Positions 28,001 to 38,138 of a DNA stretch of 64,000 bases are shown here, one piece after another (position 1 is the first letter of the stretch; the number at the start of each line of letters is the position of its first letter). The position numbers were made by a program, and so were the translations under genes. The DNA comes from Chloroflexota bacterium (lineage in GTDB: Bacteria > Chloroflexota > Limnocylindria > Limnocylindrales > CSP1-4): positions 106 to 64,105 of the forward strand of contig JBHOQO010000012.1 in the NCBI GenBank assembly GCA_042408925.1, in the 5' to 3' direction. The notes under the pieces are model-generated. The model made no database searches, had not been told where the DNA came from, and saw only the letters and a list, made by a program, of their open reading frames with translations.

Positions 28001-29788
28001 ATGCCCACGATCCAGTTCGGTGGCCTCGCATCGGGGCTCGACACCAAGTCGATCATCGATGCACTCATGGGCGTCGAGCGGCGGAGACTCGACCAGCTCG
28101 TCGCCCGGCGAGCGACGCTCCAGGCGCGCGCCGACGCGTACGCGAAGATCCGGACGGCGCTCGCCGACCTCAAGACGAAGCTGACCGCGTTCACCGAGCG
28201 CGGGCTCGGTGCCGCCCGGAGCGCGACGAGCAGCGACACCACGGCCCTCGGCGCCACCGCCACGAGCCGGGCGGCCCCAGGCCGCTACGAGATCGGGATC
28301 CAGCAGCTGGCGACGGCGACGCGGGCCACCTCCCTCGGACCGATCGGGACGCCGATCACGTCGGCAATGACCGGGACCGCGCTCGCCGAGCTCAATCTCC
28401 CGGGCAGCGTAACCGCGGGCAGTCTCGGGCTCGTCGTCGACGGAACGATCGTCCGGATCAGCGTCGGCGATCCCGCCACGACGACGCTCGGGGACGTCCT
28501 TGGCGCCATCAGCGGCGCCATCGGCGCCGCGATCGCCGGCTCGGACCCGGGCGCGGCCGTGACGGCGACGGTCGTCAACAACCGGATCGTCGTCTCGCTG
28601 TCCGGTGCCGCCGCGAGCCACGAGATCCGCTTCGGGGTCGCCGGCGATACCTCGAACTTCTTCAGCGTCGTCGGTCTCGCGGGGGTCGGCAGCTCGGCGC
28701 TCGGGCCCGGCGACGCCTCCCTCCAGAGCACCGTCGAGCTCGGCGTCGTCCGGACCTCGCGGCCGCTCGACGAGGCCGGCCTGACCGGCCTCGCTTCGAC
28801 GACGAGCGGGCGACTCGTCATCAACGGCGTCGCCATCGACTATGACACGACGACCGATTCGCTCTCGACCGTCCTCGCTCGGATCAACACCGCGGGCGCC
28901 GGGGTCGTCGCTTCTCTCGATCGTCGAAACGACCGGGTCGTCCTGACCCGCACGGCGACAGGACCGGCGGCGATCGACATCGTCGACGAGTCCGGGACGC
29001 TCGGGGCGGCGCTCGATCTCGCCCCTGGCACGACCGCCGCGCAAACGCTCGGCCAGGTGGCCCGGTTGACCGTGGGTGGACAGTCGATCACGAGCGACAG
29101 CAACCAGGTGGTCGGAGTGATCGAGGGGGTGACCCTCGAACTCCGAGCGACGACGACCGCTCCCGTCTCCCTCACGGTCGGGATCGATCGAGCGGCGATC
29201 CGCTCGGCCCTGGCCGACCTCGTCGACGGGTACAACGCCCTCGCCGATCTCGTCGCCGCTCAGTCGACGGCTGCTCCCGGCGGCACGGCCCCGCTTCGTG
29301 GCGACGCCACGATCGCCGGGCTGCCGCTCGCCATCCGGGGGATGCTCATGGCTCCGGCGACGGCCTGGTCGAGCGGCCTGCGGTCGCTCGGCGAGCTCGG
29401 GGTCTCGAGCGGCCCCCTCGGCTCGGGGACGAGCGGCGTCGCCCGCCTCCAGGTCGATCAGGCGGCGCTCGACGCAGCGCTCGATCGCGATCCGGCCCGG
29501 GTCGCCGCGCTCCTCGGATCGGTCGACGGCGTCCTCGCCCCGGTCGTCGAGCGGTTGACCGAGCTGACCCGGAGCGGCGGCCTCCTCGACAGCCGTCGGA
29601 TTGCAGTCGAGACCGCAATCGGCGACCTCCAGGCGCGCGAGCGTCGAGAGCAGGACCGGCTCGCCGCCGTCGAGCTGCGGCTGGAGCGCAAGTACGCCCA
29701 GCTCGAGGCGCTCCTCTCGCAGCTCGGGACCACCTCGGCCGCCGTCGGTCGCCAGATCGACGCGTTCACGATCCGTCGCGACGCGTAG
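28001..29788 (+). CDS. fliD: flagellar filament cap protein FliD
   Basis: N-terminal IQFGGLASGLDTKSIIDALMGVERRRLDQL and C-terminal coiled region (YAQLEALLSQL) typical of FliD. Confidence 0.9.
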   Translation: MPTIQFGGLASGLDTKSIIDALMGVERRRLDQLVARRATLQARADAYAKIRTALADLKTKLTAFTERGLGAARSATSSDTTALGATATSRAAPGRYEIGIQQLATATRATSLGPIGTPITSAMTGTALAELNLPGSVTAGSLGLVVDGTIVRISVGDPATTTLGDVLGAISGAIGAAIAGSDPGAAVTATVVNNRIVVSLSGAAASHEIRFGVAGDTSNFFSVVGLAGVGSSALGPGDASLQSTVELGVVRTSRPLDEAGLTGLASTTSGRLVINGVAIDYDTTTDSLSTVLARINTAGAGVVASLDRRNDRVVLTRTATGPAAIDIVDESGTLGAALDLAPGTTAAQTLGQVARLTVGGQSITSDSNQVVGVIEGVTLELRATTTAPVSLTVGIDRAAIRSALADLVDGYNALADLVAAQSTAAPGGTAPLRGDATIAGLPLAIRGMLMAPATAWSSGLRSLGELGVSSGPLGSGTSGVARLQVDQAALDAALDRDPARVAALLGSVDGVLAPVVERLTELTRSGGLLDSRRIAVETAIGDLQARERREQDRLAAVELRLERKYAQLEALLSQLGTTSAAVGRQIDAFTIRRDA

Positions 29789-29842
29789 GGCGGCGAACCC
29801 GCGACGGACGCGGTTTCCCAGTCCCGGGCTGGGCGTTGCAGG

Positions 29843-29865
29843 GGCCTCCGCCGCCCGCGGAGGCC
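29843..29865 (+). terminator. hairpin terminator downstream of fliD
   Basis: GGCCTCCGC-cgccc-GCGGAGGCC perfect 9-bp stem. Confidence 0.4.
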
Positions 29866-30024
29866 GCCGCCGTCCCGCTCGTCCTCGGCGCCCGCTTTTC
29901 CCCCAGCCGGGCAGTGCCGTCGTTGTCGTCGCCGCGGAACTGACCGCGACACGACCGATGCCGGCGGCCGAACGTCGGGCGGTCGTTCGCCCGTCGTGGG
30001 CTGGCCAGCCGGCCCCGCTGCCCT

Positions 30025-30402
30025 TCAGCGGCCGGCGTAGGTCTGCATGGTGGCGATCATCTCGGCAACTGATTCCGGGGGAATCGTCCTGATGAGGTGG
30101 CCCGTCTCGTCGACGATCCGGACCCGAACCTCGTTCGTCGACGACTCGAACGAGAAGATCACGTAGACGCGGACGAAGCCCAGCTCCCCGCCGACCTCGG
30201 CGTCGGGTCCGGCGGCTCGGGCGAAGCCGTCGATGGCGGACAGCGCGAGCGGGCTGCCAGGGGCACTCGGGCGCTCACCTGGTCGGATGACCGAGACGCC
30301 GATCGGATCGAGCCGGGTCATGGTATTGAAGGGATCGGTTGGTTGAACCTCGAACTGGAGCGCGCCCACTGCCGTCCGGTGCGGGGCCGCACCGGAGGGC
30401 AC
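30025..30402 (-). CDS. flaG: flagellar protein FlaG (start possibly at 30321)
   Basis: C-terminal FlaG motif (LQFEV..VRVRIVDETGHLIRTIPPESVAEMIATMQ). Confidence 0.6.
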   Translation of the reverse strand: MPSGAAPHRTAVGALQFEVQPTDPFNTMTRLDPIGVSVIRPGERPSAPGSPLALSAIDGFARAAGPDAEVGGELGFVRVYVIFSFESSTNEVRVRIVDETGHLIRTIPPESVAEMIATMQTYAGR

Positions 30403-31102
30403 CGCCGTCGAGCTCGTCGGGATCGAGGAGGCCGAGCCGGAAGGCGAGGATCGCCGCCTGGGTGCGGTCGGTGGCGCGCAGCTTCCAGATGATGTTCTGG
30501 ACGTGCTTCTTGACCGTGTCCTCGGCGATGGCGAGCCGGGCGCCGATCTCCTTGTTCGTCAAGCCTTCGGCGACGAGTTGGAGGACGGCGTGCTCTCGGC
30601 CGGTGAGATCGAAGACGAGCGCTCGCTGGCGAGGGATCTCGGTCGGCGGTGACGGGGCTTGATCGGCGGGCGACGTCGAGGCCCGAGCGGTGAGGGCGGC
30701 CCGGAGGAGTTCGGGACTGATCGCCAGGCCGCCTTCGAGGACCGTTCGGATCGTCCCGATGACCTCTTCGGTCGTCGCATCCTTGAGGAGATAACCGGCT
30801 GCCCCACGTCGAAGGGCCTCCAGGACGTACGCGGTGTCGTCGTAGAAGGTGACGATGACGACCGCCGGGGTCGGGGTGACGGCGCGGAGCGGCTCGATGC
30901 AGGCCAGACCATCGCTCCCTGGCATCCGGATGTCGAGGAGGACGATGTCGGGCCGCGTCCGACGGGCGAGGTCGAGGCCGCCCGCACAGTCGGCGGCCTC
31001 GCCGACCACGGTCAGCCACTCAGCGGTGGCGAGCATCGCCGCCAGCCCCCGGCGGGCCATCTCGTGGTCGTCGATGATGAGGACGCGAACCGGGCTCGTC
31101 AT
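30275..31102 (-). CDS. NarL/LuxR-family response regulator (canonical receiver + HTH)
   Basis: VRVLIIDDHEMARRGL..DIVLLDIRMPGSDG..; LuxR HTH LTGREHAVLQLVAEGLTNKEIGARLAIAEDTVKKHVQNI; ATGA overlap with upstream kinase. Confidence 0.8.
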   Translation of the reverse strand: MTSPVRVLIIDDHEMARRGLAAMLATAEWLTVVGEAADCAGGLDLARRTRPDIVLLDIRMPGSDGLACIEPLRAVTPTPAVVIVTFYDDTAYVLEALRRGAAGYLLKDATTEEVIGTIRTVLEGGLAISPELLRAALTARASTSPADQAPSPPTEIPRQRALVFDLTGREHAVLQLVAEGLTNKEIGARLAIAEDTVKKHVQNIIWKLRATDRTQAAILAFRLGLLDPDELDGGALRCGPAPDGSGRAPVRGSTNRSLQYHDPARSDRRLGHPTR

Positions 31103-32412
31103 CGAACTGATCGTACGTCGTCGCGCCCGCCCACCGCGACGTCCTTCGGCAGCGGGATCGAGATTCGGACCCGCGTTCCGGCACCGGGCCGGCTGTGGAT
31201 CTCGGCTCGCCCGCCGAGCCAGCTTGCCTGGCGCCGGAGTCCCTCGAGGCCCAGGCCGCCGCCGTCGCGCGACCTCGACTGCGGCTCGAAGCCGCGACCA
31301 TCGTCCTCGACGACGGCGACGGCGCGCGATCGGGCGACCATCAGCCGGACCGAGAAGCGACTGGCGGAGGCGTGATGGACGACGTTGCTCGCCGCCTCGG
31401 CGATCATCGCAAAGAGGGCCTGCTCCATCGCCGTCGGCAGTCGGGGCAGGTCGCCCTCGACGGTCCAGGCGAGGGCGGTGTCGCGGGTCAGCTGACGGAG
31501 TCGTTGCTCGACGGCGCGCCGGAGGCCGAGCTCCTCGAGCGCCGGCGGGGCGAGGCGCTCCAGGACGGTCCGGAGCTCGCCGATCGCGGTGGCTAGTCGG
31601 GCGCTCGCCTCGTTGAGGTGGGCCTGCGCTGCCGGCGGCATCGGCGCCGAGGCGAGCGCTGCCTGGAGGAACCGATGGGCCGATACGAGCGACTGGGTCG
31701 CCGTGTCGTGGATGAGGTGGGCGACCGCCGCCCGTTCGTTGGCTCGCGTCGACACGAGCTCGCGCGCGAGGCGGTCGAGCCGTCGCTCGGTCGTCGCGAG
31801 GCGCCGCCGCTGCCGCTCGGCAAGCCGCCAGTGCTCGAGGAGCTCGTCGCTCGTGGCGAGCATCTGGGCGATCGCCGCGGTCGCCATCCGTCGTCGCTCG
31901 GCCGCGGCGTCCCGGATCGACGCCTCCCAGGCGACGAGACGAGCCTCGTCCCGGAAGTGGTGGATCGCCGCCCACAGAGCGCTCGCACCAAACCGTCTCG
32001 CCGGTCGTGCGGCCCGCCGCAGCGCCACGACCGGTACCTGGATCGCGCTGGCAACTTCGGCCAGCCGGCGAGGGTCGGGACCGCTACAGCGGAGGACCGC
32101 GACGCTGCCGCGTGCCCCGCGCGGCGCCGGGAAGGCGAGGAGTCGGACGCCCGCCTGGCAGGGCATCGATGCCGGCCGACCCGTTGCTAGCACGCGGGCG
32201 ACGACCGCCGATGGGCAGCGCCGACAGAAGACGAGCCCGACGCTGGTCGTGCAGACGGCGGCGCAGAAGGGATGGGCGTCTTCCCAGCCCACGGCCAGCC
32301 GGGGGACGCCGGTCGCGGGGTCGGTGCGCCAGAGCTGTGCGGCATTGACCAGGGCCCCGACCGCACCGGGCGTCGGCTCGCCGTCCGGACGCTGGCTGGA
32401 TGGCGCCGTCAT
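31099..32412 (-). CDS. cytoplasmic sensor histidine kinase (HisKA_3 + HATPase) with Cys-rich PocR-like N-terminal sensor domain
   Basis: no TM helices; HPFCAAVC..FCRRCPSA Cys cluster; H-box ERAAVAHLIHDTATQSL; ATPase G-boxes (DDGRGF, GGLGLEGL). Confidence 0.75.
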   Translation of the reverse strand: MTAPSSQRPDGEPTPGAVGALVNAAQLWRTDPATGVPRLAVGWEDAHPFCAAVCTTSVGLVFCRRCPSAVVARVLATGRPASMPCQAGVRLLAFPAPRGARGSVAVLRCSGPDPRRLAEVASAIQVPVVALRRAARPARRFGASALWAAIHHFRDEARLVAWEASIRDAAAERRRMATAAIAQMLATSDELLEHWRLAERQRRRLATTERRLDRLARELVSTRANERAAVAHLIHDTATQSLVSAHRFLQAALASAPMPPAAQAHLNEASARLATAIGELRTVLERLAPPALEELGLRRAVEQRLRQLTRDTALAWTVEGDLPRLPTAMEQALFAMIAEAASNVVHHASASRFSVRLMVARSRAVAVVEDDGRGFEPQSRSRDGGGLGLEGLRRQASWLGGRAEIHSRPGAGTRVRISIPLPKDVAVGGRDDVRSVR

Positions 32413-32586
32413 CGCGACCGAGTATAGGGCCGCCCGACCGCCCCGAGCGGTCCCATCGCTGCCTGGTACGACCGGCGGTGTGATCTCCAGGAGGGTCCCG
32501 ATACGCGAGACGGCGGATTCGGCCGACCATCGCGCTGCACCGGCCTCGACCGGTTGGCGACCACGCAGGACAGGTAGGGAGCTTCG

Positions 32587-32988
32587 ATGAGCATCTTCGA
32601 CACGCTTCGAATTGCGGCATCTGGGCTCACCGCCCAGCGCCTCCGGATGGACGTCGCCGCCTCGAACATCGCGAACGCAGGATCCACCCACGGGCCCGAC
32701 GGCGCGCCGTATGCGCCTGCAGCAGTCGTCTTCGCGGCGACGCCCCTCGAGGAGGGGGCCGCGCCGGGCGTCGCCGCCGTTGCTGTGCCGGCCATCGGGG
32801 GGACGGTCCGGGTCTACGATCCCAGCCACCCCGACGCCGACGAGAACGGCTTCGTCTCCTACCCCGACGTCGACATCGCGGCTCAGGTCACCGACCTCAT
32901 CGGTGCCGCTCGCTCCTATAGCCTGAACGCCACCGTGACGGCGGCCGCCAAGCAGAGCGCGCTCGACGCGCTCGAGATCGGGCGATGA
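32587..32988 (+). CDS. flgC: flagellar basal-body rod protein FlgC
   Basis: MSIFDTLRIAASGLTAQRLRMDVAASNIANAGST.. and C-terminal NGFVSYPDVDIAAQVTDLIGAARSYSLN. Confidence 0.9.
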   Translation: MSIFDTLRIAASGLTAQRLRMDVAASNIANAGSTHGPDGAPYAPAAVVFAATPLEEGAAPGVAAVAVPAIGGTVRVYDPSHPDADENGFVSYPDVDIAAQVTDLIGAARSYSLNATVTAAAKQSALDALEIGR

Positions 32989-33368
32989 TCGGATCCCTCG
33001 GGCGGATCGACCGGATCGGCGGATCGGCGCCGTTCGCCCTCGATGGCGTGGCCGCCGCGCCGGCGGCCGTGAATCCGGCGTCGCCATCTCGTGTCGGGCG
33101 ATCGCCGCTCGATGGCGCATCCCCGGTTGGCGCTGTCGCGACGCGTGGCGAGTCGTTCCTCGACGCCCTCGCGAGCGCCGTCGAGCAGCTCAACGGCCAG
33201 CTCGTCGCAGCCGACGCTGCGGCGGCCGACTTCGCCGCCGGAGGAGCGACGGACCTCCACGACGTCGTCCTTGCGCTCTCCGAGGCGAGCATCGGCCTGC
33301 GGCTCGGCGTCAGCGTCCGCGACCGCCTCCTGGAGGCGTATCAAGAAATCATGCGGCTCCAGATCTGA
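32985..33368 (+). CDS. fliE: flagellar hook-basal body protein FliE
   Basis: C-terminal LHDVVLALSEASIGLRLGVSVRDRLLEAYQEIMRLQI typical of FliE. Confidence 0.85.
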   Translation: MIGSLGRIDRIGGSAPFALDGVAAAPAAVNPASPSRVGRSPLDGASPVGAVATRGESFLDALASAVEQLNGQLVAADAAAADFAAGGATDLHDVVLALSEASIGLRLGVSVRDRLLEAYQEIMRLQI

Positions 33369-33390
33369 GCTCGACTGAGATCGATCGACC

Positions 33391-35028
33391 GTGCTCGACC
33401 AGCTCACCCCCCTGCTCCGCCAGCTGACGGTTTCCCAGCGGATCGGCGTCGCCTTCGGGGCCTTTGCCTCGGTCCTCCTCCTCGTCGGCTTCGTCATCTG
33501 GGCCGGCCGAACCGAGTACCAACCCGCCTTTACCCGCCTCTCTGCCGGCGATGCGGCAGCGATCGTCGAGGCGCTCCGGGGTGCCAAGATCCCGTACCAG
33601 GTCACCGACGCCGGTTCGACCATCCTCGTCCCGGTGGGCTCGCTCGCCGATGCCCGACTTGCAGCAGCCTCGGCCGGCGTGCTGCCGGAAGACGGCACGG
33701 CCTTCGATCTCTTCGACAAGCAGGGCTTCGGTGCCTCCGAGTTCGAACAGACCGTCGCCTACCAGCAGGCCCTTGAGCGAAAGCTCGAAGCGACGATCCG
33801 CCGGCTGGCGGGGGTGGCCGATGCGACCGTCGCCATCGTCCCGAAGCGGCAGGGCGCCTTCACGACCGACGATCAGCCGGCCTCGGCCTCGGTGACGATC
33901 CGGATGCGGGACGGCGGCTCGCCGGACGGTGCGATGGTCCGCGGCATCGTGTCGACGGTTGCCGGGGCCGTCGCCGGACTGTCGCCGGAGAACGTCACGG
34001 TCGTCGACGAGCGCGGGCGCGTCCTCGCCGGTCCCGGTGCTGCGCCGGGTGCCGACGTCCTGGCGATGCGCGAGGCAGTCGAGCGGTCGCTGGCGGCCAA
34101 GGCGCAGCAGCTCGTCGACGAGGCCCTCGGTCCCGGGCGTGCGACGGTCGCCGTGACCGCCGAGCTCGACGCGGCGGCGGTCGAACAGACGATCACGACG
34201 GTCAAGCCGATCGACGCCACGAACTGGACCCCGGCCTCGGTCCAGACGATCGACGAGCGCTACACGGGGTCCGGCGCCGCCGGCGCCGCGGGCATCCCCG
34301 GGTCGGCCTCGAACGTGCCCGGCCTGCCGACGTATCCCATCAGCGGCATTCCCGGGCTCCAGGCCAGCCCGGCACCGAGCCCATCGCCCGGGACGGCGCC
34401 TGGCCCGAGCCCATCGCCCGGGACGAATCCGGCCTACCAGCGCACCCAGCAGACGGTGAACTACGCCAACAGCCAGACCGTCGAACGGGTCATCCGCCAA
34501 CCCGGGGCGATCGAGCGGCTCTCGGTGGCGGTCCTCCTCGATCAAGCTGCCCTCGGTTCAACCTCGCCGAGCGGGTTGGAGGCCGCCATCGCGGCGGCGA
34601 TCGGGGCGGACCCGCAGCGGGGGGATGTCGTCTCCGTCCAGGCTGTGCCCTTCGCAGCCGACTCGACCGGCGAGGCGAGCGAGGCCGGTCCGCTCGGGGA
34701 GCCCGGGTTCCTCGAGAGCGTCCTCGGGATCGCCTCCTCAGTCGTCGGGGTTCTGCTCGCGGCGCTCCTCCTCTTCCTCGTTTGGCGGAACCTGCGGGCG
34801 CTTCGCCAGCGGGCCGAGGAGGCTCAGCTCGGCGCGGCCCTCGCCGCCGGGCCGAGCGCCCGGGTGGAGAGCGAGGTGGCGGGCACGCTGACGGCGGGGT
34901 CGGGATCGACCCCAGCAGGCGATACCGCGGCGGCGATCGCTGAGCAGCTCCGTCACGTCGCCACCGACCGACCCGACGCCGTGGCAGGCGTCCTCGCGGG
35001 CTGGCTCTCTGAGGATGCGAAGCGATGA
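33391..35028 (+). CDS. fliF: flagellar MS-ring protein FliF
   Basis: N-terminal TM, YscJ/FliF ring domains, C-terminal TM and FliG-binding tail; Pro/Ser-rich linker. Confidence 0.9.
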   Translation: MLDQLTPLLRQLTVSQRIGVAFGAFASVLLLVGFVIWAGRTEYQPAFTRLSAGDAAAIVEALRGAKIPYQVTDAGSTILVPVGSLADARLAAASAGVLPEDGTAFDLFDKQGFGASEFEQTVAYQQALERKLEATIRRLAGVADATVAIVPKRQGAFTTDDQPASASVTIRMRDGGSPDGAMVRGIVSTVAGAVAGLSPENVTVVDERGRVLAGPGAAPGADVLAMREAVERSLAAKAQQLVDEALGPGRATVAVTAELDAAAVEQTITTVKPIDATNWTPASVQTIDERYTGSGAAGAAGIPGSASNVPGLPTYPISGIPGLQASPAPSPSPGTAPGPSPSPGTNPAYQRTQQTVNYANSQTVERVIRQPGAIERLSVAVLLDQAALGSTSPSGLEAAIAAAIGADPQRGDVVSVQAVPFAADSTGEASEAGPLGEPGFLESVLGIASSVVGVLLAALLLFLVWRNLRALRQRAEEAQLGAALAAGPSARVESEVAGTLTAGSGSTPAGDTAAAIAEQLRHVATDRPDAVAGVLAGWLSEDAKR

Positions 35029-36035
35029 CGACGACGGCGAGCCTCTCCGGTGCGAGGAAGGCAGCCGCCCTCCTCATCGCCCTCGGGCGAGACGCCGCGG
35101 CGCGGGTGCTCGCCCGGTTGCCGGCCGACGCCGTCGAGCGGCTGACGCTCGAGCTTCTTCGCACGCCGGCGCTCGACGCCGCCGTTCGGGACGCCATCCT
35201 GTCCGAGGCCCACGCCGACGTGTTCGCCGGGTCAGGGCTCATGCCCGCGGGCGAGACGTTCGCCTACGAGGTCGTCCGCGAGGCGTACGGACCGGATCTG
35301 GCCGAGGACGTCATCAGTCGGGTTCGCAAGGCCCAGATTCCGGCGCCCTTCGAGTTCTTGCGGGACGCCGATCCGAGCCAGGTGCGCGAGCTCCTGGCGA
35401 CCGAGCATCCCCAGACGATCGCCCTCGTCCTCGCCCACCTCGACCCGCGGAGCGCGGCCCGAGTCCTGACCGAGCTCGATGCGCCGCTCCAGGTTGACGT
35501 GGCTCGCCGAATCGCGATGACCGAACAGGTCAGCCCCGAGACGGTGGCCGTCGTCGAGGCCCAGCTGCGATCCCGAATGGCCGCCTTCGCGGCCGGCTCG
35601 ACGACGACGGTCGGCGGGGCACGGCCGCTCGCCCACGTCCTCAACCAGGTCGACCGCTCGACCGAGAGGCAGATCCTCGGTGGCCTCGCTGAGATCGATC
35701 CGGTGCTCGCCGACGAGGTCCGCCGCTACATGTTCGTCTTCGAGGACGTGCTCCTCCTCGACGACCGGGCGATGCAGCGGGTCATCCGCGAGCTCGACGC
35801 CAAGGACATCGCCCTCGCCCTCCGGGCGACGACCGAGGAGGTCAAGGAGAAATTCTTCAGCAACATGAGCCACCGGGCAGCCGAGATGCTCCGCGAGGAG
35901 ATGGAGCTCGCCGGCCAGGTCCGGATGAAGAACGTCGAGGAGGCGCAGGGCCGGATCGTCGAGGTGATCAAGCGCCTCGAGGAGCAGGACGAGATCGTCA
36001 TCAGCCGCGGTGGAGGGGGCGATGTCCTCGCCTAG
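35025..36035 (+). CDS. fliG: flagellar motor switch protein FliG
   Basis: FliG three-domain pattern incl. C-terminal torque helix region (..MSHRAAEMLREEMELAGQVRMKNVEEAQGRIVEVIKRLEEQDEI). Confidence 0.9.
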   Translation: MTTTASLSGARKAAALLIALGRDAAARVLARLPADAVERLTLELLRTPALDAAVRDAILSEAHADVFAGSGLMPAGETFAYEVVREAYGPDLAEDVISRVRKAQIPAPFEFLRDADPSQVRELLATEHPQTIALVLAHLDPRSAARVLTELDAPLQVDVARRIAMTEQVSPETVAVVEAQLRSRMAAFAAGSTTTVGGARPLAHVLNQVDRSTERQILGGLAEIDPVLADEVRRYMFVFEDVLLLDDRAMQRVIRELDAKDIALALRATTEEVKEKFFSNMSHRAAEMLREEMELAGQVRMKNVEEAQGRIVEVIKRLEEQDEIVISRGGGGDVLA

Positions 36036-36774
36036 GCGGATCCTCGTCGGGCGGCCGAGCGCGCGGAGCCGCGGCGTCATCGCGTCGGATGGCCCTGCCG
36101 ACCCCAGCCGGCCCGCCGTCGCACCCGAGTCCGGTGGCGGGATCGGCCGACCGAGCAGCAGCGCAAGAGGAGCGGGCGAGCTGCGGGCCGAGCGGATCGC
36201 GGCCGCCCGCGGGTACACCGACGGGCTCGCCCGCGGCCAGGCCGAGCTCGCCGCGGCGGTGGCGGCGACCGGCGCCCTGGCCGAGGAGCTCGAGCGTCTC
36301 GCGCCGCGGGACGTGGGACGCGCCGCGCTCGCCATCAGCCGCCTCGCCCTCGTGGTCGCCGAGCGGATCCTCGGCCGGGCGATCGCCATCGATCCGGACC
36401 TCCTCGTCTCGATCGTGGAGCGGGCGGCGTCGGCGATCAACGGTTCGCCGACCGCCCGGGTCATTCTTGCTCCCCAGGTGCGCCCCCACGTCGAGGCGGC
36501 CTGGATCGCCGTTCACGGCACGGCCTACCTTGGAAAGCGGTGGATCTTCGAGGACGACCCGAGCCTGTCGCCCGGTGGGTGTCGGCTCGTCTACGAGCAC
36601 GGCTTCGTCGATGCGTCGCTCGAGGCGCAGATCGAGGAGATCGGGCGGGCCATCGACCACGCCCTGCCGACGCTCCTCCGCGAGCTCGGCGAGCGCCCGG
36701 AGCGGGCCCAGGGCAACGGGCTGATCCCTGAGGGATGGGCCGCGGCGCCCGATGGAAGGACGGACACCAAATGA
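36010..36774 (+). CDS. fliH: flagellar assembly protein FliH
   Basis: FliH/YscL-like coiled-coil then C-terminal domain; overlaps fliG end and fliI start. Confidence 0.7.
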   Translation: MEGAMSSPRRILVGRPSARSRGVIASDGPADPSRPAVAPESGGGIGRPSSSARGAGELRAERIAAARGYTDGLARGQAELAAAVAATGALAEELERLAPRDVGRAALAISRLALVVAERILGRAIAIDPDLLVSIVERAASAINGSPTARVILAPQVRPHVEAAWIAVHGTAYLGKRWIFEDDPSLSPGGCRLVYEHGFVDASLEAQIEEIGRAIDHALPTLLRELGERPERAQGNGLIPEGWAAAPDGRTDTK

Positions 36775-38138
36775 GCGTCTCGACCCCGCCCCGCCCGTCC
36801 GGCATCCTCGACGGCCCGGTCTCGCCGCTCGTCGAGCGCCTCGAGCGCCTCGTCCGCGAGCTGCCGACGTTCGTCCCGTCCGGAGCGGTCACCCGGGTCG
36901 TCGGGACGACGATCGAGGCCGAGGGTCTCCTCGTCCAGATCGGCTCGATCTGCTGGATCGAGACCGAATCGGCGGGTCTCATCAGTGCCGAGGTCGTCGG
37001 TTTCCGAGACGGCCGGATCACGCTCGTCCCGTTCGGCGACGTCGTCGGCGTCCGGCCGGGCTCCCGGGTCCGCCTCCGAGCGGAGCAGTTTCGGGTCCCG
37101 GTGGGGCCGCGCGTCCTGGGGCGCGTTCTCGACGGCTTCGGTCGGCCTCTCGACGGCCGGGGACCGCTCGACGCCGAGACCCGCGTCGTCGGCGGCGCCG
37201 CGCCACATCCGCTCAACCGAGCCCGGATCGAGACGCCGCTCTCGACCGGCGTTCGCGCCATCGACGGCTGCCTGACGGCCGCCAAGGGTCAGCGGCTCGG
37301 CATCTTCGCCGGCTCGGGGGTCGGCAAGTCGACGCTCCTGTCGATGATCGCTCGCCACGCCGCAGCGTCGGTCAATGTCATCGCCCTCATCGGCGAGCGG
37401 GGCCGCGAGGTCCAGGAATTCATCGACCGTCACCTCGGGCCCGACGGCCTCGCCCGGTCGGTGGTCGTCGTGGCGACGTCGGACCAACCGGCGCTCCTGC
37501 GGGTGAAGGCGGCGGAGGTGGCGACGGCGATCGCTGAATCGTTCCGCGACGACGGCGCGGACGTGCTCATGGTCATGGACTCGGTAACTCGGCTCGCCAT
37601 GGCCCAGCGGGAGATCGCCCTCGGGGCGGGGGAGCCTCCGGCACTCCGCGGCTATCCGCCGTCGGTCTTCGCCTATCTGGCTCGGATCCTTGAGCGGGCG
37701 GGGAACACCGACCGCGGCACGATCACCGGCTTCTACACCGTCCTCGTCGAAGGAGACGACCTCTCGGAGCCGGTGGCCGACAGCGTCCGCTCGATCCTCG
37801 ACGGCCACATCGTCCTCGCCCGGGCGCTCGCGGAGCGGAACCACTATCCGGCCATCGATGTCCTCGCCTCGGTCTCGCGGGTCATGCCGGCTGTCACCGA
37901 CGAACGCCACCGCCGCCTGGCCGGGGCGCTGCGGGCGGCGCTGGCGATCTACGAGGAGTCGCGCGACCTCATCGAGGTCGGTGCCTACGCCGCCGGGTCG
38001 AACCCCGAGCTCGACCGGGCGATCGCGCTCCGGCCGGCCATCCTCGCCTTCCTCCAGCAGGGGCCCGACGAGCGCTCCGACCTCGCCGACGCGGTCGCCC
38101 GGCTGGAGGCGACCGGGGTCCTTGAGGGTGCTGCATGA
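36771..38138 (+). CDS. fliI: flagellum-specific ATP synthase FliI
   Basis: Walker A GSGVGKST, Walker B VLMVMDSVTRLAMAQREI, FliI/YscN N-terminal beta-barrel. Confidence 0.95.
   Translation: MSVSTPPRPSGILDGPVSPLVERLERLVRELPTFVPSGAVTRVVGTTIEAEGLLVQIGSICWIETESAGLISAEVVGFRDGRITLVPFGDVVGVRPGSRVRLRAEQFRVPVGPRVLGRVLDGFGRPLDGRGPLDAETRVVGGAAPHPLNRARIETPLSTGVRAIDGCLTAAKGQRLGIFAGSGVGKSTLLSMIARHAAASVNVIALIGERGREVQEFIDRHLGPDGLARSVVVVATSDQPALLRVKAAEVATAIAESFRDDGADVLMVMDSVTRLAMAQREIALGAGEPPALRGYPPSVFAYLARILERAGNTDRGTITGFYTVLVEGDDLSEPVADSVRSILDGHIVLARALAERNHYPAIDVLASVSRVMPAVTDERHRRLAGALRAALAIYEESRDLIEVGAYAAGSNPELDRAIALRPAILAFLQQGPDERSDLADAVARLEATGVLEGAA

Noticed and set aside
29601-30092. ORF 29601-30092 (+) between fliD and flaG
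   Set aside because: It overlaps the fliD 3' end in another frame, plus the terminator region. It is Arg/Ser/Pro-rich with no start context.
32413-32586. A missing flgB gene upstream of flgC
   Set aside because: It is not absent. A clear flgB homologue lies at 39708-40169 after the M23/SLT gene. The 175-bp region is a divergent promoter.
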